Shown: positions 19,438 to 27,810 of the stretch, one piece after another | Position numbering within the stretch: the first letter of the stretch is position 1 | Layout of the letters: each line of letters starts with the position of its first letter | Assembly: GCA_964414105.1 (NCBI GenBank) | Contig: CAYPVF010000001.1 | Coordinates: forward strand, 1 to 43,377 | Origin: an uncultured Eubacteriales bacterium | GTDB lineage: Bacteria > Bacillota > Sulfobacillia > Fermentithermobacillales > Fermentithermobacillaceae | Direction: 5' to 3' | Length of the DNA: 43,377 bases | The notes under the pieces: model-generated | The model's input: only the letters and a program-made list of their open reading frames with translations | Databases searched by the model: none | What the model was told of the DNA's origin: nothing | Program-made: the position numbers and the translations under genes

Positions 19438-21258
19438 TCAAGTCTTAATCATAGCGTCAGTCGGCGAAATGTACACCGAGATATTGCCGTCCTGACTAAG
19501 TTGTGTGTTGTCCAGTAAGCTATCTGCTATTCTATCGCTTATGTCCGCGTTGGTTATAAGCAAAATAATCTCTTTTTCGGGTTGCAGTTCCACTTTGAGA
19601 ACAGGGAGCATCACTTTTCCCCGCTCGTCGGTGCCGCGTCCGTGAATAATCGTAGCCCCTGTGGCGCCTGATTGTCGGGCAAGCTCTACCGCTTTATTGG
19701 CAAAGCCGCGGTTTACGAGCACAAGCATACAGTCGTGATGCAAACTTGTCTGTTCCGCACCGGCCAAGGCAGGTGTAAGCACGGTTGAAGCGGCGGGATA
19801 CTCCACTTTTTTGTGGCGAAAAGCCGTTCCCAGGATCATAAGGGAAAGTACGGGGGACATAGCGACCATGGCGATAACGCCAAACCCATCCACCAATACG
19901 TTTGCCGTGTCTATAACAGTGGCCGCGCCCTGGGCGAAAGCCAGAACAAAAGTGGCAGTCATTGGGCCGGATGCAACCCCTCCCGCGTCATATGCGATGC
20001 CCACAAAAACAGGATCTGATTTGAATGAAAGCAAGATGGCGATGGCAAAACCCGGGAAAAGGAAGTACCATATTTTAACCGCAGGCACCAAAATTCTTAC
20101 CATGGACAAAGCGATAGCTATTGCCACTCCCGCTGACAGAGTGAGGCGGATGAGGTTCACAGGTATATGTCCGCCGCTGACCTCTTCGATTTGCCCGCTA
20201 AGGACGTGAACGGCAGGTTCGGCCAAAACCACTATAAGACCCAGGAAGAAACCAGTGCCGATTAGAAACCACTTGTTGAGCTGGGCGATTTCCATACCAA
20301 TGATTCTTCCCATATCCATAAATCCCGAATTCACGGCGGCCAAAAATAACACGAAGCCAACCAAAGTCCAAATGAGGCCCCTTATGATCTCCATGAGTTC
20401 GTCCTTTGGTATTTTGAACTTCACGAAATTGTAGGCGAAGAATAGGCTTGAAATAGGCAAAAGCGCTGCCAGTGACTCCTTAATGGCAGCCGGGAAAGAT
20501 TTCAGTATGGGGCCGATTATCCCTTGAGCGATCACAAATTCGGCCGCTTCACCTTGTATATGTTTCTGCCCCGATATGATGGACATAAGAATCACTGCCA
20601 GTATGGGGCCCGCGCTCATAACCCCCACAAGGCCGAAGGCGTTTTCTTCTGACTTGTCGCCGCCCTTAACTTGAGAAAGACCAAGCGACAACGCCAAGAT
20701 GAACGGTGTGGTAAACGAGCCGGTAGTTGCACCCGAAGCGTCGAACGAAATGGCTAGAAACTCCTCAGACACAAAGAGAGCCAAAACGAAAATTATGCCA
20801 TAAGTAATGCCCATGAATCTGTTAAACGGTTTATCTCGAAGAAGCCTAAAGACGCCCAAGGAAATTAGGACGCCGACGCCCACCGATACCATATATACGA
20901 TTACGAAAGAGCCCAGCGTTCCGCCTGACGCGGAATTTACCTGGGCGCCTAAAATCAGTAAATCTGGTTCCGCTACGGTAATCAGGAACCCCATGAGAAA
21001 GCTTAGGATTGCTATTTTAACGGGGGTTTTTGAGGTGGCCACCTCCCGTGACATATGACCCCCTATGGGGTTCATAGCCAAATCTACTCCCCACAGAAAA
21101 ATGGAAAGTCCAACGAGCAGCATGAGGCTGGCCACAAAGAATCGTAAAATGATGTCTTTTTCAATATCGATTGCCGTAAAGCAGATAACCATGACCAGCA
21201 CTACGACTAAAAGTAAGGTTCGGGCGACTTCCTTAGTTTTGTCGAAAAGAAGATTCAT
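19438..21258 (-). CDS. Membrane protein with two DUF1538 repeats fused to a C-terminal P-II-like (GlnB-fold) domain
   Basis: 606 aa. Repeated AEP motifs (ITVAEPDLLILGAQV; VVLAEPAVHVLSGQIEEVSGG) sit in a polytopic body. The tail LVLVNRGFANKAVELARQSGATGATIIHGRGT is P-II-like. ATG follows AGGAGG and overlaps the upstream gene by 26 nt. Confidence 0.75.
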   Translation of the reverse strand: MNLLFDKTKEVARTLLLVVVLVMVICFTAIDIEKDIILRFFVASLMLLVGLSIFLWGVDLAMNPIGGHMSREVATSKTPVKIAILSFLMGFLITVAEPDLLILGAQVNSASGGTLGSFVIVYMVSVGVGVLISLGVFRLLRDKPFNRFMGITYGIIFVLALFVSEEFLAISFDASGATTGSFTTPFILALSLGLSQVKGGDKSEENAFGLVGVMSAGPILAVILMSIISGQKHIQGEAAEFVIAQGIIGPILKSFPAAIKESLAALLPISSLFFAYNFVKFKIPKDELMEIIRGLIWTLVGFVLFLAAVNSGFMDMGRIIGMEIAQLNKWFLIGTGFFLGLIVVLAEPAVHVLSGQIEEVSGGHIPVNLIRLTLSAGVAIAIALSMVRILVPAVKIWYFLFPGFAIAILLSFKSDPVFVGIAYDAGGVASGPMTATFVLAFAQGAATVIDTANVLVDGFGVIAMVAMSPVLSLMILGTAFRHKKVEYPAASTVLTPALAGAEQTSLHHDCMLVLVNRGFANKAVELARQSGATGATIIHGRGTDERGKVMLPVLKVELQPEKEIILLITNADISDRIADSLLDNTQLSQDGNISVYISPTDAMIKT

Positions 21259-21949
21259 GAACCTGGCCCTCCTGTTTGCCTAAGTCGTGGTGAATGCCGC
21301 TGGTCTTTATGACAGGCAGAACAAAAATGATACCGTTTCCCGCTTGTTCAAGGTTTAACTCGCGGAAGATTCTATCTTTTATGGGCTCTACCTTGTCCTT
21401 TGTAGTGACGATCATAACGATGTCTTTCCCGGGTTCTATAACTAACGGGAAATAGAAATCTGTGGGCACACCGGCTCCCCTGCCGCGAAATAACGTGGCG
21501 CCCCTGGCGCCTGCGGCTCTGGCAGCCCTTATACAGTCTTTGCTTCGGCCCTTGTCAACAATTGTCATTATGCAGTACTCGTCAAAATCTTGCATTGCGG
21601 GATATTTACGGGCGGCTTCCGCAGTTTGGGGGTGTTTACGTTGGAAGGGAACCGAGAACGCAATTCCCCTATTCTTCTTTGAGAAGACGAAGGTCTCACT
21701 TATCACATTATGCAAGTTTTCGCATTGGCTACCCGAACACGACACGACCAAGATTTCTTTTTGGGTTTTTGCCAACCCCAGTTTCTCAAACAACTTGGAT
21801 TGCACTGTGCCTTCTCCCAGAAAGATGGTACCCCCGGCTGCGCCGCATTCTTGCGCTTTACGAAGTACCGCGTTTGCTTTTCCTCTGTTAACTATGACGA
21901 AAAACAAAACGTCCAGTACCGCCACCCCCAAGTCTTCTGTTTTTCCCAT
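21233..21949 (-). CDS. Tandem (two-domain) P-II-like protein
   Basis: 238 aa with two P-II-like halves: FVIVNRGKANAVLRKAQECGAAGGTIFLGEGT and MTIVDKGRSKDCIRAARAAGARGATLFRGRGAG. Confidence 0.7.
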   Translation of the reverse strand: MGKTEDLGVAVLDVLFFVIVNRGKANAVLRKAQECGAAGGTIFLGEGTVQSKLFEKLGLAKTQKEILVVSCSGSQCENLHNVISETFVFSKKNRGIAFSVPFQRKHPQTAEAARKYPAMQDFDEYCIMTIVDKGRSKDCIRAARAAGARGATLFRGRGAGVPTDFYFPLVIEPGKDIVMIVTTKDKVEPIKDRIFRELNLEQAGNGIIFVLPVIKTSGIHHDLGKQEGQVHESSFRQN

Positions 21950-22120
21950 ATATAAAGGTTTTCAAGGCTCGCAGGTAAAATAAAGTGTTAGCTTAATCCA
22001 AAGATCAAACAATTCTATCATGAAATCTTCCCACTTTCAGGCTAAGTGTACGTGATTAGGGCTGCAGCCGCATTTTTCGTAGGACGGTTTGGGGAAATTA
22101 AGCCAAAAGGGAGTGAGTAG

Positions 22121-22771
22121 ATGTGCTTTAAAATGAAAGAACCCGTGAATTCTTGGACCCACCTGGTAACTCTAGTTGCCGCTTTCGTCTCCTTGCCTTT
22201 TCTCATAATTCAAGTGGGGCGAAATCCCACCGAGATACTCGTGGTCACAGTCTACGGTTTGAGCATGGTGGCGCTTTATGGCGCCAGCACTCTATATCAC
22301 TGGAAGATTACCACACCCAAAAGGGAACTACTGCTGAGAAGGCTTGACCATGGAAGCATCAATCTGTTAATCGCAGGCAGCGCGACCCCGATTTTTTACT
22401 ACGGCCTATCCGGGCTTTGGCGCACGGTGATGTTATCGGTCATGTGGGGGCTGGCGCTATTTAGCGGTGTTTTTCAGGTTCTTTTTATAAAAGCGCCAAG
22501 GTGGCTCAAAACCGGGTTGTACATGCTTTTGGGCTGGGTTGCCGTCATTCCCTTCCCTCAGCTTGTCAAAGGGTTACCCCAGTCTGCCATTTGGCTTATG
22601 GCTATGGGCGGCGCTTCATACACTGTGGGCGCGCTGGTTTATGCCAGCAAACGCCTGAATTGGCGGCCCGGGAAATTCGGGTTCCATGAAATATTCCATT
22701 TGTTCGTTTCTGCCGGAACTGTTCTGCATTTTGCCGCGGTGTTGCTTTGTATACGTTTCACCACCCCATAG
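22121..22771 (+). CDS. trhA: Hemolysin III / PAQR family membrane protein
   Basis: 216 aa and 7 TM-like segments. SWTHL at the N-terminus, STLYH, LDHGSI and the HEIFHLFV motif are typical of the Hly-III family. Confidence 0.85.
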   Translation: MCFKMKEPVNSWTHLVTLVAAFVSLPFLIIQVGRNPTEILVVTVYGLSMVALYGASTLYHWKITTPKRELLLRRLDHGSINLLIAGSATPIFYYGLSGLWRTVMLSVMWGLALFSGVFQVLFIKAPRWLKTGLYMLLGWVAVIPFPQLVKGLPQSAIWLMAMGGASYTVGALVYASKRLNWRPGKFGFHEIFHLFVSAGTVLHFAAVLLCIRFTTP

Positions 22772-22810
22772 TTAACCGTGCCTAAACTGTTTGAACAAGG
22801 AGGGATAGCG

Positions 22811-23398
22811 GTGGATAATAGCGCCCTAATAGTGGTCGATGTGCAAAACGATTTTTGCCCCGGCGGGGCGTTGGGCGTTTTCGAGGGAGATAGAATAATA
22901 CCCGTGCTCAACAAATGGATTGGTTTATTTGCGAAGCGGGGCATGCCTGTTGTCTACACAAAGGATTGGCACCCGGGAAACCATTGTTCGTTTATAGAAC
23001 AAGGGGGTGTTTGGCCCGCTCACTGTGTGCAAGGTACAGATGGGGCAGCCTTTCACCAGGACCTGGACGAGTTGGGCACACACAATGTGAAAGCCGTTTT
23101 TCTCAAAGGGTTTTTGCCTTCTGTAGAGGCTTATTCCGGGTTTGACGGAAGGCTGCGCGAGGATAAAAATGGCTTGACGTTGGCTCAGTGGCTTAAATCC
23201 AAAAACGTCGTCAAGCTCTATGTGGGTGGCCTTGCCACGGATTACTGTGTAAAAGCCACGGCCCTTGATGGGCTGGCAAACGGATTTTCTGTGAAGCTTA
23301 TAGCCGATGGCATACGCGCGGTCAATGTTAACCCTGAAGACGGAAAGCGTGCTATAGACGAAATGCTGCGTCAAGGCGTCGAAATTGCGCCTCAATAG
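22811..23398 (+). CDS. pncA: Nicotinamidase/pyrazinamidase (isochorismatase family)
   Basis: VVDVQNDFCPGGAL, WPAHCV and GGLATDYCVKAT (catalytic Cys). I moved the start to GTG 22811, after AAGGAGGG. Confidence 0.85.
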   Translation: MDNSALIVVDVQNDFCPGGALGVFEGDRIIPVLNKWIGLFAKRGMPVVYTKDWHPGNHCSFIEQGGVWPAHCVQGTDGAAFHQDLDELGTHNVKAVFLKGFLPSVEAYSGFDGRLREDKNGLTLAQWLKSKNVVKLYVGGLATDYCVKATALDGLANGFSVKLIADGIRAVNVNPEDGKRAIDEMLRQGVEIAPQ

Positions 23399-23534
23399 CT
23401 ATAAGTCTCAAAATTTTCGCGGATCTTTCGGCAGGAGTTACTAGGATTCTTGTGGAAGTTCAATAATTGGTTTTAAACCGATTGTGTCGTATGGTTTTGT
23501 TACGGTATGGCAATCAAATAAGGGGGCCTTGGAA

Positions 23535-24719
23535 GTGGAAAGCAAACAGTTCAAGGGGTTGGTATTTGGAATTCCCAAAGAGATCATGGCCGGAGAAAAA
23601 CGTGTCGCCGCTGTTCCTGACACCGTGAAGAAACTGGTCGCGGCCGGCGCAAAAGTACTGGTTGAAAAAGGCGCAGGCCAGGGTTATTTCGCTTTGGATG
23701 AGGATTACAAACAATCCGGGGCAGAAGTTCTGGATGATCCCAAAGAAATATTTGCCCAAGCTGATGTCATTTTGAAAGTCAAAGAGCCTCAATTTAACTC
23801 CGCCCACAACATCCATGAAGTAGATATGATGCATGCGGGTCAGATTCTTATTACGTTCTTGCACCCTGCCGCACCCATAAACCACGAAATGGTAAAGAAT
23901 CTTGCGGCAAAAGGGGTCACAGGGTTAACTTTAGACGGCATTCCTCGAATTTCAAGGGCCCAGTCTATGGATGCACTTACTTCTATGAGCACTGTCGCGG
24001 GTTATAAAAGCGTTATCATGGCTACGGACAGGCTTGCCAAATTTGTCCCAATGATTGGCACCGCGGTGGGGATGATTCAGCCTTCCAACGTGTTGGTAAT
24101 AGGGGCGGGTGTCGCCGGGCTGCAGGCCATCGCGACGGCTAAACGGTTGGGCGCCGTGGTGTATGCGGCAGACATTAGGCCTGACGCGGCGGAATATGTG
24201 AAAAGCTTGGGCGCCAGAGTGGTGGACACGGGCGTACCCCAAGACGTAGCCGTTGGGGAAGGCGGTTACGCCAACAGGCTTTCTGACCAGTGGCTGGAAA
24301 AAGAACGCGAGGCCATAAGAGATACAGTAATTAAATCCGACATTGTCATTTTGACGGCCTTAGTGCCTGGCAAAGTGGCGCCGGTTCTGGTAACAGAAGA
24401 AATGGTCAAAAATATGAAACACGGCTCGGCGATTGTAGACGTCGCCATAGACCAAGGTGGTAACTGCGAATTGACGGTGGGCGGCGAAGTAGTCCTAAGA
24501 CACGGCGTAAGCATCGACGGCACCAAAAACATCCCCGGTATGATGCCTGTGAGTTCCACTTGGATGTTTGCGAACAATATCTACAATTTGGTCTCAGCGT
24601 TCTGTAAAGATGGGGAATTCGTTGTTGACCTTACAGATGAGATAATGGCTTCCATTATTGTCACCCAAGACGGAAAACTTGTTCACGCCGGCGCCCGGGA
24701 GGCTATGGGGCTCGAATAA
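23535..24719 (+). CDS. pntAA: NAD(P) transhydrogenase subunit alpha part 1 (dI, NAD(H)-binding)
   Basis: IPKEIMAGEKRVA, LVIGAGVAGLQAIATAKRLGAVV (Rossmann) and the AlaDH/PNT family layout. I moved the start to GTG 23535, after AAGGGGG. Confidence 0.9.
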   Translation: MESKQFKGLVFGIPKEIMAGEKRVAAVPDTVKKLVAAGAKVLVEKGAGQGYFALDEDYKQSGAEVLDDPKEIFAQADVILKVKEPQFNSAHNIHEVDMMHAGQILITFLHPAAPINHEMVKNLAAKGVTGLTLDGIPRISRAQSMDALTSMSTVAGYKSVIMATDRLAKFVPMIGTAVGMIQPSNVLVIGAGVAGLQAIATAKRLGAVVYAADIRPDAAEYVKSLGARVVDTGVPQDVAVGEGGYANRLSDQWLEKEREAIRDTVIKSDIVILTALVPGKVAPVLVTEEMVKNMKHGSAIVDVAIDQGGNCELTVGGEVVLRHGVSIDGTKNIPGMMPVSSTWMFANNIYNLVSAFCKDGEFVVDLTDEIMASIIVTQDGKLVHAGAREAMGLE

Positions 24720-24739
24720 CATCGGTTAGGAGTGCCAAT

Positions 24740-25015
24740 ATGGATATCATTTGGCAGTTAATAATTTTCGCCGTAGCCAGTTGGTTAGGCTATAAGGTTA
24801 TAAGCGAGGTTCCCTCGCTTCTTCACACACCTCTTATGTCCGGGTCCAACGCGATTTCCGGGGTGACTATTTTGGGGTCTTTGGTATCCACCGCATTGGC
24901 CAAAACCACCGGAAATAAAACCCTTGGCTTTGTGGCAATAGTCTTAGCCACAGTGAACTTGGTAGGTGGTTTTGTGGTTACAGACAAAATGCTAAGGATG
25001 TTCAACAAGAACTGA
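24740..25015 (+). CDS. pntAB: NAD(P) transhydrogenase subunit alpha part 2 (membrane)
   Basis: 91 aa. LHTPLMSGSNAISG motif and three TM-like segments. Confidence 0.85.
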   Translation: MDIIWQLIIFAVASWLGYKVISEVPSLLHTPLMSGSNAISGVTILGSLVSTALAKTTGNKTLGFVAIVLATVNLVGGFVVTDKMLRMFNKN

Positions 25016-25032
25016 ATGGGCGGGGTGCAGGC

Positions 25033-27534
25033 ATGGATACGTACAAAATAGTCTCTATTCTTTTGGCTGCTCTCGTTTTGGGTGGCCTCAAACTTATGAG
25101 CTCGCCCAAAACTGCCGTGAAAGGTAACCGCCTGGGTGCCTTAAGCATGCTGGCTTCTGTAGCGCTGGTACTTTGGACCAATAATATCCTTACTGTACCG
25201 CTTTTGTGGGCGGCTATATTGGTGGGTTCTTCAATTGGGGTCATAATGGGTCAAAAAGTGGCAATGATTCAAATGCCCCAAATGGTTGCTTTGCTAAATG
25301 GATTAGGCGGCGGCGCGTCGGCATTGGTTGCTTTGGTGGAAATCTTGGGAAAGCCCCAGGCTATGGATTGGTTCAGTAAACTCACGGGTGAGCTTGCACT
25401 AATAGTGGGCGCCGTAACTTTGACAGGCAGTCTCATAGCTGCCGGCAAACTGGACAGGCGTCTCAATCAAAAACCTGTTGTGCTACCCAACCATTCTGTT
25501 TACTCCACAGGTAGCCTTGTCTTGATGGGCGCACTTTCTTTGGCCGCAATACCGGCGGCTAGTTCCGCCTTTGTAAGCATCAGTTTTGTGGTGCTATTTT
25601 TGGGGCTGGGGTATGGAATCTTGTTCGCCATACGGGTAGGCGGCGCCGATATGCCGGTCACAATTTCTTTGCTGAACTCTTTTTCCGGTTTGGCGGGTTC
25701 AATATGCGGTTTTACCATAGGCGAACCCCTGCTTGTGGCGGTGGGTGCTATAGTGGGCGCATCTGGCTTGATTCTTACCCAGATAATGTGCAGGGCTATG
25801 AACAGATCCTTAGGGGATGTGCTCAGCGGGTCAGCTTCCAAGGGCAAAAAAGCGGACAAGCCGGGAACAGCCGTGCCTAAGCCTGAGGTTGCGCCCGGTG
25901 CTGCGGCGGAAAAGATGCCCTCGGATGAAGAGTCGATAGCCGAGATTATGTCGGGAGCCAAAACCGTGGTCATAGTGCCCGGTTATGGGATGGCTATTGC
26001 CCAGGCCCAATCCCAGGTTAAAGCCTTAATGGATGCTTTTGTGGCCAAAGGGGCAGACGTGAAATTCGCCATACACCCGGTGGCAGGCAGGATGCCGGGA
26101 CATATGAACGTTTTGTTGGCAGAGGTTGACGTTCCCTACGAGTTGATGTTGGAAATGGATGATATAAATCCTCAGTTTGAGGATACAGATCTGGGCATCG
26201 TCGTGGGTGCTTGTGATGTGGTAAATCCCGCGGCGGGTACAGCCGAAGGCACGCCAATATACGGGATGCCGGTTTTGGAGATTGAGCGGTGCAAACATGT
26301 TATCGTGTGTAACCTTGACACTAAGCCGGGCTATTCAGGCGTGGACAATACCTTGTACGGTATGGAACATGTCCGGTTGGTTTTGGGTGATGCCGCTGAA
26401 ACAGTAAAAGGGCTTGCTGACAGTTTGAGGGGGACGCCCGAAAAGGCGCTCCAAGAGGCGCAGCCCGAGCCGCGACACGACTCTTTGCAGCACGTTATCA
26501 AAGCGGCCAAAAGTGTCGTTATCGTGCCCGGTTACGGTATGGCCATAGCCCAGGCCCAATCCCAGGTGAAAGCTTTGATGGATGCTTTTGTGGCCAACGG
26601 GGCAGACGTGAAGTTTGCCATCCATCCTGTAGCGGGTAGAATGCCTGGCCATATGAACGTGCTATTGGCAGAGGTTGATGTTCCCTACGAGTTGATGTTG
26701 GAAATGGATGACATAAATCCTCAGTTTAAGGATACAGATCTGGGCATCGTCGTGGGGGCCTGTGATGTGGTAAATCCCGCGGCGGGTACAGCCGAAGGCA
26801 CGCCAATATACGGGATGCCGGTTCTCACTGTGGAGCAGTGTAAGCAGGTTATCGTGTGTAATCTGGATACCAAGCCGGGCTATTCCGGCGTGGATAATAC
26901 CTTATACGATATGGATCACGTCCGGTTAGTTTTGGGTGATGCCGCCGAAACAGTCAGACAGCTTACTGACAGTTTGAAGGGGGCGCCCGAAAAGATGCCC
27001 CAAGAGGCTCAACTTAAGCCCAAGCACGAGCCTTTGGACGGCATCCTTAAAGCCGCGAAAAGTGTTGTAATCGTGCCAGGTTACGGTATGGCTATAGCTC
27101 AGGCTCAATCCCAGGTCAAAGCTCTAATGGATTCTTTTGTGTCAAAAGGGGCGGATGTGAAATTCGCCATACATCCTGTGGCAGGCAGAATGCCGGGGCA
27201 TATGAACGTTTTGCTGGCGGAGGTTGATGTTCCCTACGAATTGATGTTGGAGATGGATGACATAAATCCTCAGTTTAGGGACACAGATCTTGGAATTATT
27301 GTAGGTGCTTGTGACGTGGTGAATCCCGCGGCGGGCACCGCTGAAGGCACGCCAATATACGGGATGCCCATTTTGACAGTGGAGCAGTGCAAGCATGTTA
27401 TCGTGTGCAACCTGGATACCAACCCGGGCTATTCCGGAGTAGATAACACCTTGTATGATATGCCCCATGTGCTTTTGGTTTTGGGCGACGCCGCGGACAC
27501 AGTCAAAGGGCTTGTAGACCAACTAAACAGTTGA
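25033..27534 (+). CDS. pntB: NAD(P) transhydrogenase subunit beta with triplicated C-terminal NADP(H)-binding (dIII) domain
   Basis: 833 aa, uninterrupted. The dII membrane part contains GGADMPVTISLLNS and IMCRAMNRS. Three tandem linker+dIII modules follow, each with VIVPGYGMAIAQAQ, HPVAGRMPGHMNVLLAE, GACDVVNPAA and PGYSGVDN. Confidence 0.9.
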   Translation: MDTYKIVSILLAALVLGGLKLMSSPKTAVKGNRLGALSMLASVALVLWTNNILTVPLLWAAILVGSSIGVIMGQKVAMIQMPQMVALLNGLGGGASALVALVEILGKPQAMDWFSKLTGELALIVGAVTLTGSLIAAGKLDRRLNQKPVVLPNHSVYSTGSLVLMGALSLAAIPAASSAFVSISFVVLFLGLGYGILFAIRVGGADMPVTISLLNSFSGLAGSICGFTIGEPLLVAVGAIVGASGLILTQIMCRAMNRSLGDVLSGSASKGKKADKPGTAVPKPEVAPGAAAEKMPSDEESIAEIMSGAKTVVIVPGYGMAIAQAQSQVKALMDAFVAKGADVKFAIHPVAGRMPGHMNVLLAEVDVPYELMLEMDDINPQFEDTDLGIVVGACDVVNPAAGTAEGTPIYGMPVLEIERCKHVIVCNLDTKPGYSGVDNTLYGMEHVRLVLGDAAETVKGLADSLRGTPEKALQEAQPEPRHDSLQHVIKAAKSVVIVPGYGMAIAQAQSQVKALMDAFVANGADVKFAIHPVAGRMPGHMNVLLAEVDVPYELMLEMDDINPQFKDTDLGIVVGACDVVNPAAGTAEGTPIYGMPVLTVEQCKQVIVCNLDTKPGYSGVDNTLYDMDHVRLVLGDAAETVRQLTDSLKGAPEKMPQEAQLKPKHEPLDGILKAAKSVVIVPGYGMAIAQAQSQVKALMDSFVSKGADVKFAIHPVAGRMPGHMNVLLAEVDVPYELMLEMDDINPQFRDTDLGIIVGACDVVNPAAGTAEGTPIYGMPILTVEQCKHVIVCNLDTNPGYSGVDNTLYDMPHVLLVLGDAADTVKGLVDQLNS
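25903..27531 (+). repeat. Three in-frame tandem coding repeats (531, 549, 549 nt) inside pntB
   Basis: Unit boundaries are 25903, 26434 and 26983. The AK(T/S)VVIVPGYG codons recur at 25957, 26506 and 27055, an exact 549-nt period. Confidence 0.9.
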
Positions 27535-27560
27535 TGGTCAACTGGCGAAATAGCTATACC

Positions 27561-27595
27561 AAGACGCTTTCCCGTTGGGAGGGCGTCTTTTTTTG
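27561..27595 (+). terminator. Rho-independent terminator after pntB
   Basis: aagacgc...gcgtctt stem with an inner ccc/ggg pair, followed by a T-run (tttttt). Confidence 0.7.
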
Positions 27596-27745
27596 GGAGG
27601 GAGCATCACGAAGAAAGAATATTGTCAGAGACTAAAACGGGCAAGAAACGCAATGCTTGAAATTGATTTGGATTGTCTGTTGGTGTGCGACCCCCATGAA
27701 CGCAATACCTCACGGGTTATGGCGGCGCCCGGTTGGAGCGTGTAG
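27593..27745 (+). pseudogene. Possible remnant of the N-terminus of an M24/creatinase-type peptidase gene (50 codons, then stop)
   Basis: The translation KKEYCQRLKRARNAMLEIDLDCLLVCDPHE resembles the creatinase/prolidase N-terminal domain. Compare the in-window paralog AQEYKRRTDLVLDSMRQNNLDVFIFWNP. Similarity is lost after about 27700. Confidence 0.25.
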
Positions 27746-27810
27746 GATTATAATTGTGTATCGCAGAATTATCCTAGTGAATACTCGTTTTGGTTGGGAG
27801 AGTGGAATGT

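Noticed and set aside
26018-27522. Series of minus-strand ORFs (26018-26257, 26026-26298, 26335-26652, 26926-27108, 27142-27522) with similar sequences
   Set aside because: They are antisense shadows of the repeated pntB dIII units. They have no SD sites or recognisable domains, and their similarity only reflects the plus-strand repeats.
25903-27531. Whether the 549-nt tandem repeats are an assembly artefact, a non-coding satellite or a CRISPR-like array
   Set aside because: The units are in frame within one ORF, encode complete dIII domains, and differ from one another at many (mostly synonymous) positions. There are no short direct repeats with unique spacers. Read-level confirmation is still advisable.
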